This document shows positions 29,665 through 39,965 of a stretch of DNA of 64,000 nt, in pieces. The stretch's first letter is position 1; each line of letters opens with the position of its first letter. The DNA comes from an uncultured delta proteobacterium (GTDB lineage: Bacteria; Desulfobacterota; Desulfobacteria; Desulfobacterales; SG8-13): the NCBI GenBank assembly GCA_963848135.1, contig CAWKCK010000017.1:1148538-1212537 (forward strand), read 5' to 3'. The notes beneath the pieces were generated by a model, which was not told the DNA's origin, made no database searches, and saw only the letters and a list, made by a program, of their open reading frames with translations. A program made the translations under genes and the position numbers.

Positions 29665-30357
29665 TTATCTGATCTCGCAGTTCAACACATATGATTTTGC
29701 TTTCTTTTGCAGTTCAACCAGGCGGCTTTCATTTATAATCTTATATTGTTCATTTGCATCCACTCCCTTTGGAAGATTGCACTTCTGTAAAAAATACCTT
29801 TCAGCTCCATTTATCAACATCGCAATTTCAATGATATTTTCATTGGTCACAAAAGGACTGACGCACGTCGTCCTGAATTCATAGGGTTTATCTGCTGACA
29901 TCACAATGTCTATGCTCTCGAGGATTTTATTTTCATCAATCTTTTCTCTAAATAATTGTCGATATTGGCGAAGGTCCGTCTTAACATCCATAGAGATGTA
30001 ATCGACCAAGCCATCCTTGACCAACCGATTTAACATGCCTGGAACCGTCCCATTGGTGTCCAGCTTCACAGAAAACCCCATTTCTTTCACCCTTTCACAG
30101 AATTCCGGTAAGTCAGCCTGGATCGTCGGCTCACCGCCTGTTATAACGATACCTTCCAGAAAATTTTCCCTTTGAGCCAAAAAATGCAGAAACTCTTTTT
30201 CTTCTATTATTTCAGACTGTTTAGTAAATTCGTAAGGGATTAAATAATAATTGTGACACCAAGGGCATCGCATATTGCAGCCTTGCGCACCAATAATCGT
30301 CGATATTTTACCAGGGTAATCCAGAAGGCTGGTTTTATGAATAGAGCCAATTTTCAT
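29665..30357 (-). CDS. nrdG: Anaerobic ribonucleotide reductase activating protein (radical SAM)
   Basis: LDYPGK, GCNMRCPWCHN, ITGGEPT, KLDTNG, EFRTT. Confidence 0.92.
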   Translation of the reverse strand: MKIGSIHKTSLLDYPGKISTIIGAQGCNMRCPWCHNYYLIPYEFTKQSEIIEEKEFLHFLAQRENFLEGIVITGGEPTIQADLPEFCERVKEMGFSVKLDTNGTVPGMLNRLVKDGLVDYISMDVKTDLRQYRQLFREKIDENKILESIDIVMSADKPYEFRTTCVSPFVTNENIIEIAMLINGAERYFLQKCNLPKGVDANEQYKIINESRLVELQKKAKSYVLNCEIR

Positions 30358-30388
30358 TATTCATCTTTTTATTTAACGGATCTTAAAA

Positions 30389-30429
30389 AAGATATAACGA
30401 TTTGATTTAATATCAAATCGTTATATCTT
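30389..30429. terminator. Perfect 18-bp AT-rich inverted repeat (terminator-like) between nrdD and nrdG
   Basis: aagatataacgatttgat-ttaat-atcaaatcgttatatctt. Confidence 0.55.
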
Positions 30430-30430
30430 C

Positions 30431-30565
30431 TCAATAAAATTTTTTACAGAGACATTTGCAGGTAAAATGGCATCCACTCAATAGCAGCGCGCAATAAATT
30501 TTGCCGGGATAATCGATAAAGGCGTTCTTCTTGGCGCCAGCGACAAACATATTGAGGACATTCAT
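30431..30565 (-). pseudogene. Truncated nrdG 5' remnant (44 aa)
   Basis: MNVLNMFVAGAKKNAFIDYPGKIYCALLLSGCHFTCKCLCKKFY*; aligns by eye with the NrdG N-terminus (DYPGK, GCxxxC). Confidence 0.7.
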
Positions 30566-30648
30566 GTCCAACTAATCGCTGATTGTTTAGCCACCGCCTG
30601 ACCCTTTATGTCCCGGAGTTTCACTACTACCGGTTGAAGGGCAATGCC

Positions 30649-32805
30649 CTATGCAGCTGCTTCCGGTTTGCGCACAACTTGCCGGCTTTCCTCAACTTTC
30701 ACCTCCCGCTCCGGAAGGTCTGTCCGGAAGATCTTTCGGCGCCGGAACTCGGCCTGTTTACCGTCGTTCCACTGCTTGATCGGCCGCAGATAACCGACAA
30801 CCCGGGAGTAGACCTCCGTCTCTGCACTGCAGGTGGGACAGATTTCCTGCCGGCCGTTGAGATAGCCGTGCGAGGGGCAAACGCTGAAAGTCGGGGTCAA
30901 TGTGTAGTATGGCAGCCGGTAATTGGCGGCAATCTTGCGAACCAGATTCTTCAGTACCTGGGTGTCTGTAATCTGCTCGCCGATATAGGTGTGCAAGACA
31001 GTGCCGCCGGTGTACCGGGTCTGAAGTTCATCCTGCAGCCGCAGGGTTTCGAAAAGATCGTCCGTATAGTTGACCGGCAATTGGGTCGAATTGGTATAAT
31101 ATGGGGCTGCACCGTCACGGTAGTCGGCCTCATTGGCACATAGAATTGCCGGAAACATTTTCTTGTCCGACATGGCCAGGCGATACGAGGTTCCTTCGGC
31201 CGGTGTGGCTTCCAGGTTGAAAATATCGCCGGTTTCCTCTTGCACGGCGGCCATCTCGTCACGGATGAAATCCATCACCTTGAGCGCAAATTGCTGGCCA
31301 TCCAGGGTCGTGATATCTTGACCAATGAAATTCAGGCAGGCTTCATTCATTCCGATGATACCAATGGTGGAGAAGTGATTCTTCCAATACAGATCCCCAG
31401 CACTCTTGATATCCCGCAGGTAGAATTTGGTGTAGGGATACAAATTCTTCTCCGTAAACCGTTCCAATACTTTGCGCTTGATCTGGAGACTCTCCACGGC
31501 CAGAAGCAGCTTCTTTTGCAAGTCGGCGAAAAAAGCCGGTTCACTGTCGGCCGCGTAACCGATCCGGGGCAGGTTAATGGTAACCACACCGATGGATCCC
31601 GTCAGGGGATTGGCACCGAAAAGACCGCCGCCTCTTTTCAGGAGTTCACGGTTGTCGAGCCGTAAGCGGCAGCACATCGATCGTGCGTCATCGGGAGACA
31701 TGTCCGAGTTGACGAAATTTGAAAAATACGGGATGCCATATTTGCCCGTCATCCGCCAGATGGGTTCGAGGTTCGGATTGTCCCAGTCGAAATCGGCCGT
31801 GATGTTGTAGGTTGGTATCGGGAACGTAAAAACCCGCCCCTTGGCATCACCTTCCATCATCACCTCGGCAAAGGCCCGGTTGATAAGGTCCATTTCCGCC
31901 TGAAAGTCAGCATATGTCTCATCCCGGTAGGCACCGCCGACGACCACCGGATGGTCCTTCAGATTGTTGGGAACAAACAGGTCGAGTGTGATGTTGGTAA
32001 ACGGCGTTTGAAAGCCAACCCGGGTCGGAATATTGATATTGAACACGAACTCCTGCAGGGCCTGCTTGACGTCGCGATAGTTCAGGCCGTCAAACCGAAC
32101 AAAAGGTGCCAGCATCGTATCGAAATTCGACAGCGCCTGGGCACCGGCAGCCTCACCCTGGAGAGTGTAAAAAAAGTTGACGATCTGACCCAGGGCGGAT
32201 CGAAGATGCTTCGGCGGGCCACTTTCGACCTTTCCTTCCACCCCTTTGAATCCGTTGACAAGCAGGTCTTTAAGGTCCCATCCGACGCAATACACCGAGA
32301 GCAGATTCAGGTCGTGGATATGCATGTCGCCGCGCTTATGAGCGTCTCTGATTTCGGGTGGATATATGCTGTTGAGCCAGTATTCGGTGGTGATATCTGA
32401 AGAGATGTAGTTGTTGAGTCCCTGCAGAGAGTAACACATGTTGCTGTTTTCTTTAACTTTCCAGTCCAACTTGCCGATATAGTGATCGACCAGATCGATA
32501 TGTGCCCGTGTGGCGATTTTCCGAATCTGGGCGTGCTGTTCGCGATAAAGAATATAAGCCTTGGCGGTTTTGTAATAGGGGGAGTCAAGCAGAACGCGCT
32601 CGACGATATCCTGAATTTCTTCGACTTCCGGAACCGGACCGATCCGCATTTCGTGAGCCAGGGTCAATACACGCAACGTCAGCTTCCGGGCCTCACGGCC
32701 GTCGAATTCACCGGTGGCCTTCCCCGCTTTGGCAATGGCGGCCGTGATTTTGGACGATTCGAAGCCGACAATACCTTGGTTCCTCTTTTTTATTTCTTCA
32801 AACAC
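30649..32805 (-). CDS. nrdD: Class III (anaerobic) ribonucleoside-triphosphate reductase with ATP cone
   Basis: IKKR..KITAAIAKA ATP cone, SMCCRL, EATPAE, CPSHG..CPTC, YSRVVGYLRP glycyl-radical motif; GTG 32805 after AGGGGG. Confidence 0.95.
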   Translation of the reverse strand: MFEEIKKRNQGIVGFESSKITAAIAKAGKATGEFDGREARKLTLRVLTLAHEMRIGPVPEVEEIQDIVERVLLDSPYYKTAKAYILYREQHAQIRKIATRAHIDLVDHYIGKLDWKVKENSNMCYSLQGLNNYISSDITTEYWLNSIYPPEIRDAHKRGDMHIHDLNLLSVYCVGWDLKDLLVNGFKGVEGKVESGPPKHLRSALGQIVNFFYTLQGEAAGAQALSNFDTMLAPFVRFDGLNYRDVKQALQEFVFNINIPTRVGFQTPFTNITLDLFVPNNLKDHPVVVGGAYRDETYADFQAEMDLINRAFAEVMMEGDAKGRVFTFPIPTYNITADFDWDNPNLEPIWRMTGKYGIPYFSNFVNSDMSPDDARSMCCRLRLDNRELLKRGGGLFGANPLTGSIGVVTINLPRIGYAADSEPAFFADLQKKLLLAVESLQIKRKVLERFTEKNLYPYTKFYLRDIKSAGDLYWKNHFSTIGIIGMNEACLNFIGQDITTLDGQQFALKVMDFIRDEMAAVQEETGDIFNLEATPAEGTSYRLAMSDKKMFPAILCANEADYRDGAAPYYTNSTQLPVNYTDDLFETLRLQDELQTRYTGGTVLHTYIGEQITDTQVLKNLVRKIAANYRLPYYTLTPTFSVCPSHGYLNGRQEICPTCSAETEVYSRVVGYLRPIKQWNDGKQAEFRRRKIFRTDLPEREVKVEESRQVVRKPEAAA

Positions 32806-32970
32806 GGTACCCCCTTCTGCTGCAGATACAGCAGTATCCGGATGATGAAAAGTGCTTATAAGGTAACAGGGAAAAATGGATGCCGGAATAGATTCTGGCG
32901 TCTTAAAATTCAACAAGGGGACTACGGTCGACCGTCGCGCACAGGCGCAACCGAATCAACAGTAGCGATG

Positions 32971-33024
32971 AGAATATCGCAATATGTAGTATATTGTCAA
33001 GACTAAAAATCCTATATATGGGAT
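32971..33024 (-). promoter_or_regulatory. nrdD promoter overlapped by tandem NrdR boxes
   Basis: Minus strand TTGACA-N18-TATTCT; CAATATGTAGT (32980) and CTATATATGGG (33012) match the acaCwAtATaTwGtg consensus, 32 bp apart. Confidence 0.75.
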
Positions 33025-33062
33025 TCAGAGAGGCAAGGTGGTGCCAGAGAGCCGGGAAAGGT

Positions 33063-33977
33063 CTATCGCATACCACGTTTGACCGTGGCTGGAGTGATCC
33101 AGATGTAATCAGCAAAGGATAGCTCGACTGTTTCACCAGCCGAAGCCAAATAGACAGTGCGGTAAGGGGCCTTTGTCCTTTTGTGTGCTCGTTCCGGGAT
33201 ACCGAATCGATGGATAATGTGGCCGTTTCCGACCAAAACCACCATCAGCCGATCTCCGAGGTGACGGGCCACCGATGACGCCATGGTGTCCTCCCAGGTA
33301 CATTGGGCCTGGTAGAAAAATTCGAAATTGGCATCGCCATGAAAACGGTGCTGGTCGAAAATATTTTCCAGGTGCGCCCGGTGTGCTGTGTTGGTGGTAT
33401 CGATATCGTCCGGCAGGTTTTGCCGGTCGCAACCCAACAAACTGTCGATCCCGCCAATCCTGATTTTCGGTGGGATGTAGAAGGGAATATTCAGGCCGAT
33501 CAGGGGGATGCGGTTATCCTTGATGAAGGTAAGTATCGCCTGGTAGAGACCAAAGTCGTAACGCCAGTTGGCATACCAATGGGTTTCTTCGATGAAGGCT
33601 TCCTGGGAAAGTTGCCCCTCCGACCATTGATCGAGGACGGGCTGATAAGTGACATCGAACATCTCCATTCCAACGGCCAGATCGGCATGGCTCCGGAAAA
33701 GAGCCTGCAGTATGTCGAGCTGAATGTCGTGATGGAAGGTATTGGTATGACTTTCTCCGACATATACAATCCGGCTACCCGTCAAGTCTGCTATCATTTC
33801 CTCAAAAGTGACTGTCTCTCCGGTAGCCGCGGAAATAATCTGGCCCGTCTCTATGTGACGATCGCTATCCTTAAGGTACGCCCTCTGAGGCGTCGTGGCG
33901 CAGCCGAAAATGCATCCGACCAGAAATGTCAGCCGGATCGAATGCCGGAATATCCTTTTCATTTTACGCTTTTCCAC
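33063..33977 (-). CDS. ChaN-family lipoprotein
   Basis: Lipobox IFGC, VYVGESH, GMEMF, AQCTWEDTMA, GNGH; alternative start 33962. Confidence 0.8.
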   Translation of the reverse strand: MEKRKMKRIFRHSIRLTFLVGCIFGCATTPQRAYLKDSDRHIETGQIISAATGETVTFEEMIADLTGSRIVYVGESHTNTFHHDIQLDILQALFRSHADLAVGMEMFDVTYQPVLDQWSEGQLSQEAFIEETHWYANWRYDFGLYQAILTFIKDNRIPLIGLNIPFYIPPKIRIGGIDSLLGCDRQNLPDDIDTTNTAHRAHLENIFDQHRFHGDANFEFFYQAQCTWEDTMASSVARHLGDRLMVVLVGNGHIIHRFGIPERAHKRTKAPYRTVYLASAGETVELSFADYIWITPATVKRGMR

Positions 33978-34036
33978 AAGATTGACACCATTTGAGAAAT
34001 CTTGATTTTCTTTCCTTGCACCTGTATGATCCAGTG

Positions 34037-34306
34037 ATGCTATACGATAAAAACCCTGTTCACCGCAAGCTTATCATCCCCTGGTATGATTCCCAGGCAC
34101 CTTGCTTGATCGTTCTCGCGTTCATGCTGCTGGTGTTCCTGTTCGCGGGGATAGGCATTTCGGTCGCCGGTGAAAGTATGGCGTTCCGCAGCAAGATCTG
34201 GTTGCCGGTCCTGCTGTTGACTCTCAGCGGCAGCGTCATCGTCCTGACGTCTTTCCGGTTGTTTAAACGCTGGAAACATCGTTTTTCCAACAACCTCGAC
34301 TTGTAA
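34037..34306 (+). CDS. Small two-TM hypothetical membrane protein
   Basis: NPVHRKLIIPWYDS followed by two hydrophobic segments. Confidence 0.65.
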   Translation: MLYDKNPVHRKLIIPWYDSQAPCLIVLAFMLLVFLFAGIGISVAGESMAFRSKIWLPVLLLTLSGSVIVLTSFRLFKRWKHRFSNNLDL

Positions 34307-34380
34307 AATACCGCAAACCGCTTGAAAGATTCAAGCGCAGATCGAGGCCGCCCAACCACACCCGCTCATCATTCTTTCAA

Positions 34381-34824
34381 TTATCGTAAACGTGATACGG
34401 GTCCACTACCGGCAACACTTTCGAGTATCTTCATGAACACATCAGCAGGAATATAACCGGAGCGATGGCCGACAATGTCTCCATTCTCGGCCAGGAACCA
34501 GTTGTCGGGCAAACCGCGGACCTTGAACATGTCTGACACGTCCGTCTCCCGGTCCGTATCGACCTTTATGGAAATAAAATCCTTTGCCAGCATTTTCATT
34601 ACCGCAGGATTCTGAAACGTTTCCTTTTCCATGGTGCGGCAATAGGTGCACCAGTCCGCCCAAAAATGAATAAACACTAATTTGCCTTCAGTTTTTCCAA
34701 GAGCCACCCCTTCTTTAAAAGGATACCATTTCAGAGTTGACTCAGCCGAACCGGACGGTACCATCAATGCTGTCATGACCACGACCAAACTGATAATTAT
34801 GACGGTTTTGGTTTTCATGTTCAT
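34381..34824 (-). CDS. Exported thioredoxin-fold protein
   Basis: Signal peptide, FWADWCTYC. Confidence 0.85.
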   Translation of the reverse strand: MNMKTKTVIIISLVVVMTALMVPSGSAESTLKWYPFKEGVALGKTEGKLVFIHFWADWCTYCRTMEKETFQNPAVMKMLAKDFISIKVDTDRETDVSDMFKVRGLPDNWFLAENGDIVGHRSGYIPADVFMKILESVAGSGPVSRLR

Positions 34825-34990
34825 TCGATTTCCCTGCAGTGGGGTAAACGGACTCCTCTGATCTATTCGTTTCGTTTTTCGATCGATATGTATTTATCGG
34901 GGAAAAACCTGAAATTGTGCGTTTCTGCCGGCCAGTGATCATAGCATGCACGCGCAAATATAAAAACATCCGTCGACCGAACCGTGGGAA

Positions 34991-35452
34991 TCAACTCCGG
35001 CGCCAACGGTTGCGCAAGTAGAAAACCGTCAACCCGATACCCAGAAGAACGGCATCACGGACGATATCCATGAGAGTGCTGGATTCCCCCTCACTGGCAG
35101 CCACCGAGAAACAACCGCAGTCGACATCGATCCCCCGGATCCAATTCAAGATCAGTGCCGCCATGAAGATGACCAATAGGGTGTTGATGATGAGAAGACT
35201 GCCGTCGATCCAAATGCCGCATATCAACAAAACGCCGCATAAGACTTCAACCCAGGGCAGCCAGACCGCGACGGAATTCACCAAATGTTCAGGCAGGAGC
35301 TGATAGTTGGCAATGATGGCGGCAAACTTGTGCGGATCGGCAATTTTTGTACCCCCGGCCCACAAGAACACGGCGCCCAGAATAATTCGGCACAGAAACT
35401 GAAGCCAGCTTTGATTGCTTCCCGGTAATATGTCTTTGGGCCGATTGGTCAT
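34991..35452 (-). CDS. DoxX/MauE-family membrane protein
   Basis: LPWVE, GIDVDCGCF, IVRD. Confidence 0.85.
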   Translation of the reverse strand: MTNRPKDILPGSNQSWLQFLCRIILGAVFLWAGGTKIADPHKFAAIIANYQLLPEHLVNSVAVWLPWVEVLCGVLLICGIWIDGSLLIINTLLVIFMAALILNWIRGIDVDCGCFSVAASEGESSTLMDIVRDAVLLGIGLTVFYLRNRWRRS

Positions 35453-35536
35453 TTATACCACTGTTTTGAATAAATACCACAATACGGAAAGGGATTATAG
35501 TACCCGTTGCACCGGCAAGCCAAAGGTGCCGTGGCG

Positions 35537-36388
35537 CTATCCGCTCAGGTCCCGCGCCCTTTGCGTGGCTGCGGCAATAGCCTCTACAACCGTTTTCTTA
35601 AAACCTCTTGACTCGAAAATTTCGATGGCGGCCTCGGTCGTTCCCCCGGGAGAGGTTACCTTACGGCGCAGATCTCGGGGGGATTCACCGGAAACTTCCA
35701 ATAGTTTAATGGCCCCGCGAAGGGTCTTTGTTGCCAGAGTGGCGGCATCGTCCGGATCGAGACCGACCTTGGTGCCAGCCTCGATCAGAGATTCAACCAA
35801 GTAGAAGACATATGCCGGACCGGAACCCGACAGGGCGGTGACGGCATCAAGTTCTTCCTCATCAAACTCGATCACCGCGCCAATAGCCTCCAACAGATTT
35901 TGAGCACCCCGGATGTCCTCCGGTGTAGCAAAACGGTTGGCACTCATGCCTGAAATGGCGCAGAGCACCAGGGCTGGGGTGTTCGGCATGACCCTGATAA
36001 TCGGTAAATTCTTTATGTCTTTTTCGCCTAACGGCGGGTAGAGGAAACTTTCTATTCCGCGAATCGGAAATCCGGCAGCGATAGAAATGATGAGTTTGCG
36101 GTCCGGAACCTCGTAACCCTTATGGCTGGACAACTCTTCGAGGATTCCTGGCATCTGCTGGGGTTTGACTGCCAGAAACACCACCCGACACGTCTCGAAA
36201 AGCGCGACATTGCTGTTTAGGCTCACAACTCCGTATTTCTCGGTTAAAACGGCCCGGCGATCGGCGTCGGCGTCGGCAATATAAATCATCGAAGCGGGCA
36301 GGAGGCCGGAGGTGATTACCGCCCCGATGATGGCCTCCCCCATGTTGCCGGCCCCGATGAAACCGACCGTTTGGTTAAATTCAACCAC
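35537..36388 (-). CDS. proC: Pyrroline-5-carboxylate reductase
   Basis: GAGNMG, AVKPQ, RVMPNTP, SGSGPAY, VTSPGGTT. Confidence 0.96.
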   Translation of the reverse strand: MVEFNQTVGFIGAGNMGEAIIGAVITSGLLPASMIYIADADADRRAVLTEKYGVVSLNSNVALFETCRVVFLAVKPQQMPGILEELSSHKGYEVPDRKLIISIAAGFPIRGIESFLYPPLGEKDIKNLPIIRVMPNTPALVLCAISGMSANRFATPEDIRGAQNLLEAIGAVIEFDEEELDAVTALSGSGPAYVFYLVESLIEAGTKVGLDPDDAATLATKTLRGAIKLLEVSGESPRDLRRKVTSPGGTTEAAIEIFESRGFKKTVVEAIAAATQRARDLSG

Positions 36389-36665
36389 GATTTCTCCTTT
36401 GTTTGTAACGCTTCTGGGTGTCGGTCGATTTTCCTATTTCTTTGGACAATGGCATCTGATTATGGTATGATAACATATTTAAATTTGGTCATAATCGATC
36501 GTTACGCCAATAAAGTTACTTCCGGCCACAGGAGATGTCAACGATTATAGGCTCAAAGCCCTCCACCCTGATGATCATCCATAGAACTTGAGATCACTAG
36601 GGCGACGGTCAAATGAGTCTGTACTTCTAAATCCTGCGACCGCCAAGAATAGAAGGTCCATTTCC

Positions 36666-36965
36666 ATGTACTCCATCGGTTATTTTTTGATGGCCGTTGC
36701 CAAGGTGCTTGACTACGTTCTGTTTTTCTACATGTGGATCATTATTGCTCGCGCCGTGCTCTCCTGGGTCAATCCCGACCCGTACAATCCGATTGTTCGC
36801 TTCATATACAACGTGACCGAGCCGGTAATGTATCGGGTCCGCTCTAAAATCCCGGTAAGCTTCGGTGGTATCGATTTTTCGCCGGTACTCGTGATTCTCA
36901 TTATCTATTTCCTGCAGATCTTTGTTGTGAACAGCTTAGTCAGATTTGCCCAATCATTGCTGTAA
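36666..36965 (+). CDS. yggT: YggT family membrane protein
   Basis: LSWVNPDPYNPIV..TEP..GIDFSP. Confidence 0.92.
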   Translation: MYSIGYFLMAVAKVLDYVLFFYMWIIIARAVLSWVNPDPYNPIVRFIYNVTEPVMYRVRSKIPVSFGGIDFSPVLVILIIYFLQIFVVNSLVRFAQSLL

Positions 36966-36987
36966 ACGACATTTAAGGAGGAGACGT

Positions 36988-37497
36988 ATGGTCAATCTCA
37001 CCCCCCTCGATATTCAACAGCAGAGGTTTAAAACCAAGTTCAGGGGTTTCGATATTCCGGAGGTTGAGTTATTTCTTGAACACATGGCTGACGCTTTCGA
37101 AGCGTTGCTGAAGCAAAACGAACATTTAAAAGAGGAGAACCGCCGGCTGCATTTGGAAATTAAGGGCTATAAGAACCGCGAAGACGCTTTCAAACGGGCA
37201 CTGCTAAATTCCCAACGGGTTATCGAGCAGATGAAGGAAAATGCACTCAAATCAGCTGAACTTATCGTTGCCGAAGCGGAAGTAAAAGCGGAGAAAATAC
37301 TCAATAAAGCCCACAACCGGCTGGCCCAGCTGCATGAGGATATCGGAGAGTTGAAACGCCAACGGGTGCAAATTGAGGTCCAGATCGGATCGATCATCGA
37401 ATCGCATAGTAAATTACTGGAGATAAGTAATGAAGGGATGAAGGCGATGGATGATGAGGATGCCAAGGTTAAACTGCTGCAGCAGAATAAAGCCTAA
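36988..37497 (+). CDS. divIVA: DivIVA-domain coiled-coil protein
   Basis: LTPLDIQQQRFKTKFRGFD..EVELFL; AAGGAGG RBS. Confidence 0.9.
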   Translation: MVNLTPLDIQQQRFKTKFRGFDIPEVELFLEHMADAFEALLKQNEHLKEENRRLHLEIKGYKNREDAFKRALLNSQRVIEQMKENALKSAELIVAEAEVKAEKILNKAHNRLAQLHEDIGELKRQRVQIEVQIGSIIESHSKLLEISNEGMKAMDDEDAKVKLLQQNKA

Positions 37498-37575
37498 AAT
37501 CGGTACGACAATCGTTATCGACAGGCATTGGGAACAGAACCAGAATTCATCATTTGTTTTGTTGCGGAGTAATAT

Positions 37576-38658
37576 ATGGCTAAAATAGACGCGTTTTTCA
37601 AGTTGATGCATGAACAAGGTGCATCGGATCTGCACCTTGCCGCCGGTCAACCCCCGGCTTTGCGCATTCGGGGGGACATCGAAAGAATCAAGTACAAAGT
37701 TCTGGACAACGATGATTTACGCGGCATGTTGTATGAAATTACGCCCGAAGAAAAGATCAAGGTGTTCGAGGAGTCCGGAGACGTCGATTTCGGTTACGAA
37801 ATCCCCGGATTGGCCCGTTATCGGGCCAACTATTTTATGCAAAAAAACGGCGTCGGGGCGGTTTTCAGAGAAATACCCAGCAGCATCATGACCGCCGAAC
37901 AACTCGGCCTACCCCCGGTGATTTCAAAACTGGCGACGCTGCCCAGAGGTCTGGTGTTGGTAACAGGGCCCACAGGCAGTGGTAAATCGACGACGCTCGC
38001 CTCGATTCTCGATGTGTCCAACCGGGAGCGCAAAGACCACATCATCACCGTTGAAGACCCCATCGAATTTGTACACCAGAGCCAAGGCTGCATAGTCAAT
38101 CATCGCGAAGTCGGCATTCACACGCAGACCTTCGCAGCCGCCCTCCGTGGCGCCCTCCGCGAAGACCCCGACATCATACTTGTTGGCGAAATGCGTGACC
38201 TTGAAACCATTTCGCTGGCCATTGAAGCGGCTTCCACCGGGCATCTGGTTTTTGCAACCCTGCATACCACCAGCGCAGTAAAAACGGTGGATCGGATTAT
38301 CGAAGTTTTTCCTGCCGATCAACAAGCACAAGTCCGATCCACCCTTGCCGATGGTATCCGCGCCATTATTGCCCAGGTGCTGTTCAAACGGATTGATAGG
38401 AAAAGCCGCTGCGTGGCCCTGGAAATCCTGATTGCCAATTCAGCGGTCAGGAATTTGATCCGGGAGGGCAAGACCCACCAGATCCCGTCCATGATTCAAA
38501 CCGGAAAGAAATACGGCATGCAGCTTTTAGATGATGCCATAATGGATCTGTATAATAGAGGCTGGATCAGTGCCGATGAGGCCTATATTAAAGCCAATGA
38601 AAAGGCAAAGTTCAGACCGCTGCTAACCGGACCGCCCACGGATTTTACGGAAGTATGA
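37576..38658 (+). CDS. pilT: Type IV pilus retraction ATPase PilT
   Basis: ASDLH, GPTGSGKST, EDPIE, LREDPD, GEMRD, AVRNLIRE. Confidence 0.93.
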   Translation: MAKIDAFFKLMHEQGASDLHLAAGQPPALRIRGDIERIKYKVLDNDDLRGMLYEITPEEKIKVFEESGDVDFGYEIPGLARYRANYFMQKNGVGAVFREIPSSIMTAEQLGLPPVISKLATLPRGLVLVTGPTGSGKSTTLASILDVSNRERKDHIITVEDPIEFVHQSQGCIVNHREVGIHTQTFAAALRGALREDPDIILVGEMRDLETISLAIEAASTGHLVFATLHTTSAVKTVDRIIEVFPADQQAQVRSTLADGIRAIIAQVLFKRIDRKSRCVALEILIANSAVRNLIREGKTHQIPSMIQTGKKYGMQLLDDAIMDLYNRGWISADEAYIKANEKAKFRPLLTGPPTDFTEV

Positions 38659-38695
38659 CCCGGCCGGGGTCTATTTTGCTCAAGGGGATTTATCC

Positions 38696-39859
38696 ATGAA
38701 AAAGCAGGAAATCGATCATATCCTCACCCGCATGCTTGATTCCCATAAAAACGTTTCAGACTTGAACCTGACGGTCGGCAAACCCCTGCAGGTCGAAAGC
38801 GATGGCGAACTGGTCCAAGTCGAAATGCGACCGCCTTTCAAGGAGCTGACGCCTTTTCAGACTGAAATTTTCGCCTTGAACCTCATGAATCAGAATCGGC
38901 GATTGAATCGGACCCTTCTCAAGGCGGGCTCCTGCGACTTGTCATATACCCTGCCTGGCAAGGCCCGGTTTCGCGTGAATGTTTTTTCCCAGAGCGGTTA
39001 CTGCTCCATTGTCCTGCGGAAACTGGAATCCAAGATACCGACGATAGAAGAACTTCAGCTACCGGAGGCGATGCACAAGATCGCCAAGGAAAAAAATGGT
39101 ATCGTATTCGTCACTGGCGCCACCGGTTCAGGTAAAACCACTTCATTGGCCGCCATACTCAACGTTATAAACGAAGATCGGTCGGTACACGTCGTCACGC
39201 TTGAAGACCCGGTCGAATACCAGCACCCCCACAAAAACTCCACCTTCAACCAGCGCGAACTCGGCATGGATTTCAATACCTACGCCAACGGACTCAGAGC
39301 CGCACTGCGCCAGGCCCCTAAGGTGATCCTGGTGGGTGAAATGCGCGATCGCGAAACCGTTGAAATCGGACTGAGCGCGGCCGAAACCGGTCACCTGGTG
39401 CTGACGACCCTTCATACCATCGATGCCGGCTCGACCATCAACCGTATTGTGGGTATGTTCAACACCGAAGAAGAACACCAAATCCGTATCCGGCTGGCAG
39501 ACACCCTGCGTTGGGTCGTTTGCCAGCGGTTACTGCCCAAAATCGGCGGCGGTCGTGTGGCGACTTTCGAAATCCTGGGCACCAACCTGCGAGTGAAAGA
39601 TGCCATTATGAACGGTGAGTCTGAAGGCAAGTCATTTTATGATATGATGCAAGCCGGTACAGCTTTCGGTATGACAACCTTCGATGATCACATTATCAGA
39701 TTGTACGAGCTGGGATTGACCACCGAGGAAACAGCGCTGGCCTATGCGTCCCGCCGAGGTATTGTCGGCCGAGGCATAGACTCTTTGAAGAGCGCAAGAG
39801 GCGAGGCGACGTCGGACATCGACAAGCTGGAGATTGATCGCAACTACGGGGCCAATTGA
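38696..39859 (+). CDS. PilT/PilU-family ATPase
   Basis: GATGSGKTT, EDPVE, LRQAP, GEMRD, TGHL..TLH. Confidence 0.9.
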   Translation: MKKQEIDHILTRMLDSHKNVSDLNLTVGKPLQVESDGELVQVEMRPPFKELTPFQTEIFALNLMNQNRRLNRTLLKAGSCDLSYTLPGKARFRVNVFSQSGYCSIVLRKLESKIPTIEELQLPEAMHKIAKEKNGIVFVTGATGSGKTTSLAAILNVINEDRSVHVVTLEDPVEYQHPHKNSTFNQRELGMDFNTYANGLRAALRQAPKVILVGEMRDRETVEIGLSAAETGHLVLTTLHTIDAGSTINRIVGMFNTEEEHQIRIRLADTLRWVVCQRLLPKIGGGRVATFEILGTNLRVKDAIMNGESEGKSFYDMMQAGTAFGMTTFDDHIIRLYELGLTTEETALAYASRRGIVGRGIDSLKSARGEATSDIDKLEIDRNYGAN

Positions 39860-39965
39860 TGCCCTGCCACACGGCCGTATTTATAGTGCTCGCCCTGCGG
39901 TCGTGTTGAATTAAAGGTGGCCTGCAGACCCTGGCGAAAACGCAGAGGGAGCCGAGACTTTCACT

